Assembly: GCF_006345805.1 (NCBI RefSeq)
Contig: NC_043017.1
Span: forward strand, 25,854,001-25,918,000
DNA length: 64,000 nt
Direction of reading: 5' to 3'
Source: Octopus sinensis
Taxonomy: Eukaryota
Shown here: piece by piece, positions 1 to 13,280 of the stretch
Numbering within the stretch: position 1 is the first letter of the stretch
Layout of the letters: each line of letters opens with the position of its first letter
Translations under genes and position numbers: made by a program
Notes under the pieces: generated by a model
The model's database searches: none
Told to the model about the DNA's origin: nothing
What the model saw: the letters and a program-made list of their open reading frames with translations, nothing else

Positions 1-143
1 CAAATCGTCCCCGGGACTTAGTCTTTGTAAGCCCAGTACTTATTCTATCGGTCTCTTTTGCCGAACCTCTAAGTGACGGGGACGTAAACACACCAGCATC
101 GGTTGTCAAGCAATGCTAGGGGGACAAACACAGACATAGAAAT

Positions 144-184
<41 letters not shown>

Positions 185-356
185 CATATATACGACAGGC
201 TTCTTTCAGTTTCCGTCTACCAAATCCACTCACAAGGCATTGGTCGGCCCGGGGCTATAGCAGAAGACACTTGCCCAAGATGCCACGCAGTGGGACTGAA
301 CCCGGAACCATGTGGTTGGTTAGCAAGCTACTTACCACACAGCCACTCCTGCGCCT
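1..356 (-). mobile_element. SINE family A (tRNA-like head, CORE-like CTTGGGCAAG motif, internal TA/TG microsatellite); cut by window edge
   Basis: Reverse complement starts AGGCGCAGGAGTGGCTGTGTGG (A-box-like) and contains GGTTCAGTCCC (B-box-like); near-identical to copies at 7273, 27771, 36938. Confidence 0.9.
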
Positions 357-357
357 A

Positions 358-447
<90 letters not shown>

Positions 448-540
448 TATTATTATTATTATTATCATCATCATCATCATCATTATTATTATTATCATTA
501 TTATTATTATTATTACCATTATTATTATTATTATTATTAG
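357..540. repeat. (ATT)n/(CAT)n microsatellite
   Basis: Seen directly. Confidence 0.97.
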
Positions 541-889
541 TTTTGTTATTATTAGTTTCTTGTTCCTCTTCTCTCTCCATTTTCTACATTTCTATATGTA
601 TCTAATATTCTGTCTTGTATTTATTTCAGCTTGTATCGCGTTACGTCTTTCTCTCTCTACCTTTTGAAACCGTCTGACCTTCCAAGGAATACCCACTGGT
701 AGAAATATTTGTGTTGGAGTTCTGTTGACAGCTCAGCATAAGTTACAAACACAGTTTGAAGTTAATCTTTTGGAACTTGGTCAATAAATGTCTTTGAGGT
801 AATTTACAATTTGGCAGCTGACAAACAAGGAGATGTTTAAACTGTAGAACAGAAGAGGGACATGGCGGTGAAAATGAGGGAGTGAAACG

Positions 890-890
890 A

Positions 891-979
<89 letters not shown>

Positions 980-1035
980 CCTATTTATTCTCTATCTGTT
1001 CATCTATCTATCTACCTACTTATCTATCTATCTAA

Positions 1036-1094
<59 letters not shown>

Positions 1095-1156
1095 CTTATC
1101 TATCTATGTATCTATCTACTTATCTATCTATCTTTCTATCGATCTATGTCTATCTG

Positions 1157-1196
<40 letters not shown>

Positions 1197-1365
1197 CCTA
1201 TCTATATATAGATATATATCTTCCTATCTAACCTATCTATCTATCTATCTATCTATCTACTTATCTATCTATCTTTCTATCGATCTATGTCTATCTGTCT
1301 ATCTATCTTTCTATCTATCTATCTATCTTTCTATCCATCTATCTATCTATCTATCTGTTTGTCTG
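890..1365. repeat. (TCTA)n tetranucleotide microsatellite
   Basis: Seen directly. Confidence 0.97.
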
Positions 1366-1820
1366 TCTGTCTATCTTTCGATCTATGTATATGTGTGTCT
1401 ATCTCTGAATTTGTCTGTCTATCTATTTATATATCTAGCAATCTATATAGAGGAAAATAGAACGACAGTGAGAGAAGAGTGTATATATTTCCGTGGTGTA
1501 TTAAAGGGAGTGATAATGAGATATTGTGATAAGGGAAGGTATAGTCTAATATAATTATGTGGCGTATGAGAGAATAGAGAGAGACAAACAGAGAAAACAT
1601 AGCAAGGAGAGAATCTCAGAGGATTAGGTCATAAGACTTGTACTGGGATAGAAACGAGATAGAAATTAACTATGAATAATTTAAGAAAGAATCGGCATAT
1701 GGTATGAAGAATGATAGAGAAAAGAATTATGCGAGAGGAACATAGAAAAAGACGACCTGTGAATTGACTAAGAAAATACTTTGTGGGTGGAAATAACAAT
1801 AGAGAAATCAAAATTTAAGA

Positions 1821-2266
1821 TTGATATGGTTCATGGTCTCAAAAATTTGTTCTACGAAGAAAGGCTGAGGACGCTCGACCTTTATTCTCTTGAAAAACGC
1901 CGCCGCCGTGGTGATCTCATTCTCGCCCACAACATCATAAGCGGAAAGTGTAACCTCTCGAAAGAGCTGTTCTTCACTCCTGCTCCAGAGCGTCGGCTGC
2001 GGGGTCATTCCGAAAAGCTCTACCTGCGACGATTTCATCTCAATCGAAGGAGAGGACCTTTCTCCGTCCGGGTTGTGGATCCGTGGAACAAGCTGCCAGA
2101 CGAGATGGTGAAGATGCCGACGACCGCTTTGTTCAAAGCCTCCCTGGACCTCAAGTGGCCTGAACACTTTACATGAACACCACCCTGTACTTAAATCCAT
2201 GTCCCCCTACATGGCCTTGCTATTTGCTTTTGAGCCAAATTAACTAACTAACTAACTAACTAACTA
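1821..2266 (+). mobile_element. 5'-truncated CR1/L2-group LINE: ORF2 C-terminus, 3' UTR and (CTAA)n tail
   Basis: YEERLRTLDLYSLEKRRRRGDLI...LRGH...FSVRVVDPWNKLP is the typical CR1 ORF2 end; tail taactaactaac; candidate TSD aaaatttaaga (1810-1820) / aaaatgtaaga (2267-2277). Confidence 0.9.
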
Positions 2267-2400
2267 AAAATGTAAGAAAATAATTATGTGAATAAAAAGG
2301 TTATGAGCGCTATAAGAAAATAATCAAGGGGGATAATTCGAAATTTATTGTCATACTACAAAGTATTTGAAGGCATAGCTAGAAGAGTAACGAAACCGAC

Positions 2401-2763
2401 GCATGTTCCGGGTTCAGTCCCACTGCGTGGCATCTTGGACAAGTGTCTTCTGCTATAGCCCCGGGCCGACCAATGCCTTGTGAGTCGATTTGGTAGACGG
2501 AAACTGAAAGAAGCCTGTCGTATATATGTATATATATGTATGTGTGTTTGTTTGTGTGTCTGTGTTTGTCCCCCTAGCATTGCTTGACAACCGATGCTGG
2601 TGTGTTTACATCCCTGTTACTTAGCGGTTCGGCAAAAGAAACCGATAGAATAAGTACTGGGTTTAAAAAAGAATAAGTCCCGGGGTCGAGTGGCTCGATT
2701 AAAAGGCGGTGCTCCAGCATGGCCGCAGTCAAATGACTGAAACAAGCAAAAGAGTAAAGAGTA
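2401..2763 (+). mobile_element. SINE family A, 5'-truncated
   Basis: B-box, CORE-like motif, body and aagagtaaagagta tail match other copies. Confidence 0.9.
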
Positions 2764-3519
2764 TGTCATGTGGTCTACTTTAGGCTTTTCTTAAGTCCTC
2801 TGGCGGTGTTTTACATGTTTGTTTTTCCAGTGTTTTGGACCGGGGAAAAATATTATAAATATTATTATTGTTATTCCATAGGTCCATTACAAATTGTACG
2901 GAATTTTTTCCCTCAGAAGTGTCTATAGGTAAATCTGATACGACAACTAGATGCATAATATGGCTTGTAATTGCTTTATTGTAATATTTTTACAGCTCTT
3001 ACATATCAAATTTCGTTAGTTTATATCTCATGACGCTATCACTATTTGTAGGAATGCGATCGTCAGCAGCATATATCGTAATATGTATCATTATTCGGTC
3101 GCTGTATCACATACAATAAACGATATATTTGCAGCTCGCCATGTGTAGTTATTTGTAATCCGATGGAATTTCATTTAACTTGTTTCTTGACATCTTCATA
3201 ATCACTTGATATTGATATGTATATCATTAAACTGCCGTTCGCATTTCGGTCACGGTAAATATATTAGATTTATTGTATGGCAATCTGAAATATCGTATCT
3301 CCAACCAATATACATATGGCCTCACATATCCATACATAACTATGTACATAGAAATATAGACACACAGACGCGCACACAAACACACATACACATATATAAT
3401 CATCTATCTACCTATCTATCTATCTATCTATCTATTTATCTATCAATCTATCTATCAGTCAATCTATCTGCCTCTCCCCACTATATATATATATATATAT
3501 ATATCGACAGACACACATT

Positions 3520-3550
<31 letters not shown>

Positions 3551-4041
3551 TATATATATAGCAATACATAGGTATCATAACTGTTAGAGTAATATCGATA
3601 CATACTGGCTCATAATCAGGTATATGCAGAAAAGTGTGGTGCATTTTTATTCACCGAATTTTATTATATGAATGATATGTTAAGCTGGATATCCTTGCAG
3701 TATATTAAATTATCATTTCGGCAAACCGAATTCAAATTCATACCTCGTCTTCATGCTTTTATGAATAGTAATAATATTCCCCTCACTATGTTTTATAATA
3801 ATTGCCTGTTCCTGTACGTTATTTACGCTACTCAGTTTCAGGTAGGTATTTTCTTATTCCGACCTTATATCGATGGTAGGAATACATCTGCTGTATTTTT
3901 TTTAGGCTCACATCACGACCAACAAAGTTGAGTCGTTTCTGAATAAGACAAATCTCTTCGGAATTTTACGTTTTTGATTTTGTCAGCTTCACAACCTGTG
4001 TAGTGAGCCTACTGCAAATATTAAAAAAATTTATTTTATTT

Positions 4042-4330
4042 TTCCTTCTAGAGCCATGTTTGGCTCATTAGGGCCGGTTTCCTTGGCGTATAGGTTCACC
4101 ACCTGAACTGGACACCGGTCTGTAGCATGTGAGCTGCAAGATGCAGGAAGGAAGAATGAGAGAAAATTGTGGCAAAAGAGTCAGCAGAAGTTCGCCATTA
4201 CCTTCTGCCGGAGCCGCGTGGAGCTTAGGTGTTTCACTCATAAACACACACATCGCCCGGTCTGACATTCGAAACCACGATCCCTCCACCACGAGTCCGC
4301 TGCTCTAATCACTAGGTCATGTGCCTCCAC
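4042..4330 (-). mobile_element. SINE family C, variant 3' tail
   Basis: Reverse complement has a tRNA-like head (TAGTGATTAGAGCAGCGGACTC...GGTTTCGAAT) then cacctaagctccacgcggctccggcag; tail shared with 35805-35965. Confidence 0.8.
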
Positions 4331-4786
4331 GCTACTGCAAATAGTGAAGACAAGCCGTTCATAATTACGCTTTACACTCCATGATGTCCTAGCAACAAAT
4401 CGTAAACCTATCGCCTTTCCAGCTACATACGTCATATAAGCGATGAAAGCGATTCAAAATCTACCTTGATCTCACTCGTTCACCTCTTTGTTTGCTATCT
4501 TCACCGGTTAGCCATCGTGAATATGGTCTTAATTTATTGATTTCGAAAAGAGAATAACAAATTTCTCAGAGTATTCGTTTCTGACTGCTTAATTTACTAT
4601 ATATATATCCTGATATCGCTTATTGTTCACTATACCCTATTTGATTACATATATATTGATGTACGACTGATATTGTGTTATTTCTTATGACTCAGAATAT
4701 TCCTTGATGTTGATATTCGTAGCTTCTAGTCAATTGCTATCAAATAAGACTATAACTGAACATATTACATATCACCAACACCAGCC

Positions 4787-4870
4787 CCACGATGCTCCGG
4801 CGGGGTGGGTTGAAAACCGCTGTACTCTTTCACCACAACTTTCTCTCACTCATTCTTCCTACTTCTGCAT
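4787..4870 (+). mobile_element. SINE family C internal fragment
   Basis: ccacgatgctccggc...gctgtactctttcaccacaactttctctcact matches the family C body. Confidence 0.6.
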
Positions 4871-5124
4871 AGTGTAACACATATATGGTGTAGTACAGAG
4901 AATTGCGAATCCTCTGTATCCCTGGATGATTCAGCACTCCACCCGTTAAAAGCCACCGTTTACGGAATGAGGATAACAACGTAGGTTTCGCGCCCGTGCA
5001 ACCGCCAGTCTATCGCGTGTGGTGGGTGTATCTTCAAGTTGCCGCACGCATTCTTTGTAGCTTAGAGTAGCTTAGGCTCGAATTAGGGATTATTCTTTGT
5101 GGCTAATGGCGCGAGTCCTGATTG

Positions 5125-5240
5125 GAAGAAGAAGAAGAAGAAGAAGAAGAAGAAGAAGAAGAAGAAGAAGAAGAAGAAGAAGAAGAAGAAGAAAAGAAGA
5201 AGAAGAAGAAGAAGAAGAAGAAGAAGAAGAAGAAGAAGAA
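5125..5240. repeat. (GAA)n microsatellite
   Basis: Seen directly. Confidence 0.97.
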
Positions 5241-5303
5241 AGCACCAACATCACCAGCTTCAACACCCTCGCCTCGCTGTTTCTTTACAGGCACTTAGAA
5301 CTA

Positions 5304-5686
5304 TGTGGAAGCACTCTGTCGGTTACGAAGACAAGGGTTCAGGTCGATCCGATCAACGGAACAGCCTGCTCGTGAAATTAGCGTGTAAGTGGCTGAGCAC
5401 TCCCCAGACACGTGTACCCTTAACGTATTTCTCGGGGATATTCAGCGTGACGCAGAGAGTGACAAGGCCGGCCCCTTGAAATACAGGTACAACAGAAACA
5501 GGAAGTAAGAGTGAGAGAAAGTTTTGGTGAAAGAGTACAGCAGGGATCACCACCATCCCTGCCGGAGCCTCGTGGAGCTTTAGGTGTTTTCGCTCAATAA
5601 ACACTCACAACGCCCGGTCTGGGAATCGAAACCGCGATCCTATGACTGCGAGTCCGCTGCCCTAACCACTGGGCCTTTGTGCCTTC
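5304..5686 (-). mobile_element. SINE family C, near full length
   Basis: Reverse complement: GGCCCAGTGGTTAGGGCAGCGGACTCGC...GGTTTCGATTCCCAGACC head; body matches 14318 and 25017 copies. Confidence 0.88.
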
Positions 5687-6751
5687 ACAACTTAGAACTA
5701 TATAACATAAATCACTCTGTCTCTTTGTTCGCCAGTGATTTTGATGTCAGGGAATATTAACAACTATTTATAGGAATATTGCTTGTGTTGTTAATGAACA
5801 TTTAACAACGAATAACGTCCAGTAAAATTTTGGAAGAATGTTTTTCATTTAAACACAGGGTAATCGATTAGACCGTGCCTTACCTCTTAATATTAACGCC
5901 ACAACAACCCTTTCCCATTTGAAACGCAATGCCCTGATAATACCCTTCTGATATTTTCATTCTGACTAATTGACCCTATAATAAAATTACCTTTGATAAC
6001 TGCTCTGTGACAATTTTTCCTTGATAACAGCTACACGATAATCCCCTAGATGATCTCTTAACAGGAAAACGGCGCCCTGAGAATGGAAAATAATCACGAG
6101 GAATGTTTTTGCTATTAAGAGAATGTACTTCACTGGAGTTCAAATAAATATTAATAAAACCAATTACACTATTTTCTTGTTCATATATATACAAATACAA
6201 TAATTAATATCTATATAATTAGCAATTAGATGATATTTCACGTTTCATGTTGTATCTATCCAATAGAAAGTAAATTCTTATATAACTATAATTAATCACC
6301 TAAAATATTAATTCGTTTTGCTACTACTAGGGGAGTAATTATAGCGATAAAAGAATATAAACATTGTTATTTGTTAAATCCACGGACATCAAAGATGAAG
6401 AGATTTTTCGATAATTTTTTTAATCGTTGGGCGTTATTGAAACCCTATATTAATGAGTGAAGGGGAATGAAATGAGCTACTCACTCTGCAAATCCACTCT
6501 TTAGAAAATTGGTAAAATTATCCGACGTAGGTAAAAAACTACGGCAGTATTTTAGTCTATATACAGTCCATGTAATGGAACCTTAAATTTTATCGAATAA
6601 ATATGGTTGAACTGCAATGTGAGACATCAGTGGGTTTTGAACCAAGGAATAAATAGATATAAGTAAATATTTCATTTAGTTATTTATTGAATCCAGTTAA
6701 CCTATCGTTTATGCTTCAAAGTGCTCTCTTAGTACTAATTATCAAATTAAA

Positions 6752-6885
6752 AGCAGCGATCTGGCAGAGCTGTTACCACTCCAGGCAAAATGCCCAGTTG
6801 CAATTCGTCCGTTATTACGTTCAGAGATGAAATACCGTCGAGTTCAATTTTGCCTTTCATTCTTTCGGGTTCGATCAAATATATA
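6752..6885 (+). mobile_element. SINE family B, diverged 5' part
   Basis: Degenerate match to ggcgagctggcagaa...gagttcaaattccgccgaggtcgactttgcctttcatcc. Confidence 0.6.
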
Positions 6886-6889
6886 CTCA

Positions 6890-7108
6890 TTTCTTTACTA
6901 CCCACAAGAGGCTAAACACGGGACAAACAAGGACAGACATAGGTATTAAGTCGATTACATCCACCCCAGTGCGTAACTGGTACTTAATTTATCGACCCCG
7001 AAAGGATGAAAGGTGAAGTCGACCTCGGCGATATTTGAACTCAAAACGTAACGGCAGATGAAATACGGCTACGCATTTCACCCGGCGTGCTAACGTATCT
7101 GCCAGCTC
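6890..7108 (-). mobile_element. SINE family B, near full length
   Basis: Reverse complement matches the copy at 33379-33617 throughout. Confidence 0.88.
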
Positions 7109-7272
7109 AAATATATACCAGTTGAATACTGATGTCGATCTAATGGACTTAACCTCCCCATGATATTGCTGGTCTGGTTCTAATGTTTGAAACCAATATT
7201 GATATCTATGATTGCCAGACACATGTTCCCCTTCATATTGTTGCTAGTTTTTCATAAGTAATCTATAGTATT

Positions 7273-7695
7273 AGGCGCAGGAGTGGCTGTGTGGTAAGTA
7301 GCTTGTTTACCAACTACATGGTTCCGGGTTCAGTCCCACTGCGTGGCACCTTGGGCAAGTGTCTTCTAATATAGCCTCGGGCCAACCAAAGCCTTGTGAG
7401 TGGATTTGGTAGACGGAAACTGAAAAGAAGCCCGTCGTATATATGTATATATATATGTATATATACGTGAGTGTGTTTGTGTGTCTGTGTTTGTACCCCT
7501 AGCATTGCTTGACAACCGATGCTGGTGTGTTTATGTCCCCGCTACTTAGCGGTTCGGCAAAAGAGACCGATAGAATAAGTACTGGGTTTAAAAAAGAATA
7601 AGTCCCGGGGTCGAGTTGCTCGATTAAAGGCGGTGCTCCAGCATGGCCGCAGTCAAATGACTGAAACAAGTAAAAGAGTAAAAGAGTAAAAGAGT
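7273..7695 (+). mobile_element. SINE family A, full length
   Basis: Head, internal TA/TG repeat, (gagtaaaa)n tail; possible 6-bp TSD agtatt. Confidence 0.92.
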
Positions 7696-8619
7696 ATTGA
7701 CCTAAAAGCCATAAATGTTAAACGAGGTTAAAATCTTCTAATGAAATACCACAAGGTGTCCGCTGCTCAAATGGTAATATTATTGATGCAGCGTCTTATT
7801 ACTGTCTTAATTTTAAAAGTAATCCTAAGACACTCGAGTTGTATTTATATTAACGTCCGTAGAGTACGCAGAGAGAATTTCAAAACAGCATCATTTGAAC
7901 CAGGTGATAAAGATGAATGGCTTAAACATCATTACCATTCTTTTCTGACTACGCTAAACATCAACACTTTCAAATTATTGATTTCTAAACGTGTACAACG
8001 CTAATAAATATTTGCTGCAGACTTTGGTCTGTAGACAGAGCCAAGTAGCTGATAAATATTTATTTTAACTACCCCAAATCATGAAAAGCAAATATGAGCT
8101 ACCGAATGTTTCAGTTAGAGTATCAAGATTCGTAAATAAGTATGATATGCTTCGTGTCTGGAGTTCTTACACTGAACCGTAGCCGAGAATCAATAGCACT
8201 TGTTATTTGGTGACGATTGGAAAGCAACTACACACAGCACATATACCGACAGGCAACGAGATAAGACTGCAAAATATCTATTCCTCGTCGCAGTAACTAC
8301 ATCACCAGAAACATGACGAATCATATGTTACACAAATCGTTTATATGATACAGGTGCTAATATTTCGTCGGTAGCATTTATGACCTGATACAGTGCTTAG
8401 TGGTGATGTCAAGATAAATAACATTCAGCTATGCCCCAGCTGACCGTATATCTCAGGTCCAAAAGAAAGAACAAATCTGGTCACTTAAGGCCATGAGAAG
8501 AGTATGCTGAAATGTTTTGATGGCGCATAATTAAACTGCACACCACCAATCTAATATTAATATCAAACCAAATTTTCGCTTTGCATGGCAAGGGTGAATT
8601 TCTGCCAAATTTATCGTGT

Positions 8620-8830
8620 AGGAATTATCGATGAAAATCCCAGAAGATCAATGAGGTCCGTTGCCAAAGAACATCGGGTGTTAGAGTGGACTATCAGAAC
8701 TGTGGTACATCGTCGTGACATTCGATACAAGTCCTATGTAAGAGGACAGGCCAATTTGTGTGTTTAAAGAAAGATTAAAACCGTGTCGTCCATTCAAAGC
8801 GGTTACTTAACAAAGTGGAAAACCCTCATA
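8620..8830 (+). pseudogene. Tc1/mariner (DD37D/maT-like) transposase N-terminal fragment
   Basis: IIDENPRRSMRSVAKEHRVLEWTIRTVVH.DIRYKSYV followed by frameshifted KRLLNKV resembles the HTH/linker of DD37D transposases. Confidence 0.65.
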
Positions 8831-9393
8831 AACAAAGCATGCCAAATATATCGTGAAGTTGTGGTTACAATACCAATTGTGGGCATCAGCTTATTCGCAA
8901 TCCCATTTACTTGCAAATTTATCTTTAAAATTAAAGACATTCCTGTCTTCCACATCCAAGCAATGCACGAACACTCTCACTTCTAAAGGGCTATAAATGA
9001 CTGAGCCTGTACATTGAAACCTGTGCGGTATAAAAAGATTTGAGCATCAGGTGGGTTGATAGAGCAATGCGGTAATATCACATGACGTGGTTCATATATT
9101 ACGAAGTAACAAAATTCGGTTGGGTGTGACTCATACAGAAACGAGGCTGCACAAATGTGAATAGCATGTGCGATCTCTTCTTTAAAAGTTAGATGTATAT
9201 TCTCAAGACGAAAATCAAAATACATCGCATTGCCTATAAAAGGATATTTAGACATCAGGAAATTGGAAAGCATGAAATATGACATGAGAAAACAGGAAAT
9301 ATTTTGCTACTATAGCTATACAAAACGCAGAAGAATTTGACTAGTTCAAATACATGCATAATATTCCAAAATCTATTCCTCTCTCTCCCTCTT

Positions 9394-9456
<63 letters not shown>

Positions 9457-9457
9457 C

Positions 9458-9630
9458 ATTTATGTTATATAGAGGGTACTATTATTCATAGGTACCGCAC
9501 GCTAGGAGGGACTCTTGCAGTCAAAACTACTAAAATAAGTAGTAGTTATAAAATAAGTAGTAGTAACTACTAAATTAGTAGTTTTGACTGCAGTACCTAT
9601 GAATAATAGTACCCTCTATATAATATAAAT
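9458..9630. mobile_element. Foldback MITE-like element
   Basis: Outer arms 9458-9495 / 9593-9630 complementary with one G-T pair; inner arms tgcagtcaaaactactaa / ttagtagttttgactgca; TA dinucleotides flank gagggtac...gtaccctc. Confidence 0.8.
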
Positions 9631-10337
9631 AAATATTTTCAAAGTGGACAAATTTACAGATTTTTTCTCTTACGAGGTTTTTCACGCTAACTACTGATAA
9701 TTTCTTATAAAGATATTATCCTTAATTTTAAATATATATATATATACATATATATACTTATATATACATGTATATAAAAATATGACAAGAACGCAAAACA
9801 TCCAGGCAATTAGGCGAAACAAAAAAGGGGCAATAAAATATCCAGACATATGATACGGGGAAAACATGGACGGATCACTAGGGGTTTTCTATCCCCAGTC
9901 GAGTTCCAGATTATCTTTGCAATTTCGGTTGGTTATTCACGTGATTGCTTTAATCTGGCCAGCCCCAAGAAAAAAAAAACTAAGAACATTATATTCCTTG
10001 GACGAAAGCAGAAAATGAACACGAGAACAGGGACTGAAAACCCCCAGAAGAATATTACACAAATACAAATAACAGGACATAACAATAGGTGTCTTTCGAT
10101 TAAGGCCGAATTTAATTAAGCTGGTGCAGTAGTCCAACCAATAAAGAATGGTCAGGCTTGGCCGAATACTGGTCACGTGGGGAGAGATAGTTTGAGGCAG
10201 AGGCATAGAAATTTTAAGGAGGGAGGTGCGAGAGAAAAATGAGAGACACTGTGAAGTGAAAGAGGGAAATGAGTATGAAGAGAAGGCCAGGAAATGTGAG
10301 AGAGGGGGAACGAAAGACCAAAGAGTGGAATGAAAGA

Positions 10338-10339
<2 letters not shown>

Positions 10340-10385
<46 letters not shown>

Positions 10386-10449
10386 GTATATATATATATG
10401 TATTTATATATGCATATATATGTATATAAATGTATATATATATATACAT

Positions 10450-10493
<44 letters not shown>

Positions 10494-10557
10494 TTATATA
10501 TACGTATATATTTATACACATATCGATGCCTATACATGTGTGCGAGGGTATGTTTGT

Positions 10558-10588
<31 letters not shown>

Positions 10589-10595
10589 TTGTGTG
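10340..10595. repeat. (TA)n/(TG)n microsatellite
   Basis: Seen directly. Confidence 0.95.
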
Positions 10596-11354
10596 TGTTG
10601 TGCATGCGTAACACCTCGTATGTATTTTTCATTTTTGTCTCTAATAAAATCTGTCTTCTCTAGACTCTTCGTTAGAATTAATTATATTATATAGTTAATT
10701 TTAATTAAGGAAAAATTTTAATAGTCAGATGTAATTGTATTTATATTTAATAATATAATTATATCAATCTAGTTGCAATTAAAATATCGCAATTTCATTG
10801 AAACTGATTTTAATTATGATATCTATTTTCTCAGAATGCTTTAGACAAATGTACTTTTGATTCTAGGAATTAGTTTCCAAGGAAAATGGAGGACAGAATA
10901 TTATGCATAACATTCATTCAAGAAAGGAAATTATACGCCATTTTTTTTAGTAGTCTTATTCAGATATCGTCTGTAAAGAATGATTCAAAGTGAGATCAAA
11001 CTCATCATAGCTATTAGCCTATTCGGTTTCTATACAGTATATTTCAGACGATACTAAAGGTGTTTCGACGTCTTTAAAATATAGTGATGTGTTTGAGAAG
11101 AAATTGGTTATAAAATTTAGGGGTTGGAAGAATTTGTTGAAAGTCTTTATTTAGAACTGTGACAGGATAAATTGTTTTCGAAAGGTAGTACAGGGAATGA
11201 TATTGACATCAGATAATTTGCTCCTAAATCTGTACGCGTATAATTGAATCAATTAATGTTGGTGGTCACTATATTCGTTAAACATAACAACTCGGAATGT
11301 TAGAAAATGTACAAATTCATAGCTGAAGAAGAAATAATCCTTTTCTATTTAAGG

Positions 11355-11545
11355 AACAAAGCCTGGCGTTTTGTGGGGGCGAGTGGAAAGACGTTTCATC
11401 AACAGCAGTGCTCAACTGGTGCATATTTCATCGACCCGGAAGAAATGAATGTTAAAGTCGAAACCGGCGGAACTTGAACTCAGAAAGTGAGCCGGAAGAA
11501 TTTCCGCCAAGTATTTCGTCCGGTATGCTAACGATTCTGCCATTG
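11355..11545 (-). mobile_element. SINE family B, old diverged copy
   Basis: tttcatcgacccggaagaaatgaatgttaaagtcg...ggaacttgaactcagaa. Confidence 0.65.
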
Positions 11546-12669
11546 AAATGATTTAATGTTGAAGAAGAAAATTTAACAACAAAATGTTAGAAATTATGTT
11601 ATTTACTTCATTTAAAAGTGTGAGATAAGCGAGAACAGTAAATCCTTATAAAGTTAGCGCAAGTTTGGACGAATGTAGATGAAGGAATTCGTCAGTTAAT
11701 TTTGGAAACTAAAAACCAATATTTCCTATGTTTATTATTTGTATTCTGGATGCTTTGGAAGTCCTATTATTTTTCCCATTTATATTTACGTCTGCTACGT
11801 TAACGAAGTTTTTCTCTTTGGCTGTATGTGTTGTTTTTCGGTAGTGTTAGTACGAATGGACAAAGTAGACGTGCCAGGGGGCAAATTCATTAAAACATAT
11901 GAGTTTAAAATACACATTCAGCTTATACACTTTGAGTCATAGCTTGTGGCCATTAAATCCCATACTTCTAGTCAATATGCCACTAACAGGAACAGAATAT
12001 AATGTATTTTCAGCAAAATATGAGAATGAATGAGCAAAACATTTGTGAAGATCAAACGTTCATGACGAGTGACATCATATTACATGAAAAAAAAATCATG
12101 ATTAATTTCTTAAATATTACTACGGAATTTCATTGCTACAATGTCTCATCCCAAGCAAATTGCATTAATTTACAGAAAAAATCCCTCCAAGTTAATTGCA
12201 AATTTATGAATAATATATGGAAGTTAAAACTATTATGTTTTAATAGGCAAACCACTGATCGTGACGAATCAGCGCAGAAGTTTGAATGCAGCTGGTGTTA
12301 AATACATAATGAAAGGTCGACGTGAGCATAATGATTGAAGTAATACCAATGTCGGATTGTTTGACTGAATTAAATATACATATATTGATTCTCGACATTA
12401 GGCTAAAATATCATTTATTCCTTAATAATAATAATAATAACGTGCTACTAAACTGCTCGCCAAATAGTTAAGTCCGACTTACTTGCTGCAACTTATTAAT
12501 TTTGCATTTCCGTCGAAAATATAGAATAACAGTTTACCTGAAGCTAACAATAAGGTCTGTACACATATATACGTACATTCATACATACAAACATATACAT
12601 AAACATACATCGCACCTTTTAAACTCTCTCTTTGTGTCTGTATATGTCTATCACTATATATTGGTTCAT

Positions 12670-12841
12670 CACTATATATTGGTTCATCTGGGACACCTGA
12701 CAGGAAGAGGTCCAGCTTTATTTTGAAGAGACCTACATCCACCCCATGCAGGTCTCTCAGGTCCTTCGGGAGGATATTGAAGAGCTGTGGACCTCTGAAG
12801 ACCAGGCTATTGCAGTATCTTGTCCTACATATTGATGGCAA
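12670..12841 (-). pseudogene. CR1/L2-group LINE ORF2 C-terminal fragment
   Basis: RYCNSLVFRGPQLFNILPKDLRDLHGVDVGLFKIKLDLFLSGVPDEP resembles L2/CR1-group ORF2 ends (F..LP...R...FK..LD.FL..VPDEP). Confidence 0.75.
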
Positions 12842-12870
12842 GCATATATATATATATATATATAAATATA

Positions 12871-13280
12871 CAGGGTGTGAGGAGTAATTGACGACAGTTT
12901 TTGTGTAGGCAATGAATCAACTATATTTCAGCATGAATAAATATATATTTAAATAAACATTTGTTGCGCAATTAGTCTTGATAATGATATTTAAACAAAT
13001 TATTCTATGAAACCGCCTTCGGCTTCGATGAAAGCTTTAATGTGGGGCCGATATCGCTGTCATGCTGACGGTCCTTATTCATTTCAGACATCACCTGGAC
13101 AATGACAGCCTTCAGTAAAGCTATGATATTATGAGGATGATATTAGTCTTCCTTTCAACAACGCTCCACATGTAGTAGTCCATGGGATTCAAATCTGGCG
13201 AGTTTAAAGGCCACATATTGGGTGTTACATAATCGTAAACATTGCCTGAAAACCATTCTTGGGTGACAAGGGCTTTTTCT
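12871..13280 (-). mobile_element. Tc1/mariner (DD37D-like) 3' end with TIR
   Basis: WPLNSPDLNPMDYYMWSVVE motif, degenerate FIEAEGGFIE end, ta|cagggtg terminus at 12869. Confidence 0.85.

Noticed and set aside
103-540. Recurring MLGGQTQTH.../...KMPRSGTEPGTMWLV ORFs
   Set aside because: Antisense translations of SINE A; they recur only because the SINE does
540-860. Possible LINE 3' end abutting the TAA array
   Set aside because: No coding motif and no second copy in the window to support it
10080-10330. Possible third hammerhead/PLE end on the minus strand (attaa...ttaatcgaaag after a C-rich tract)
   Set aside because: No CUGANGA core and no second copy from which to reconstruct one
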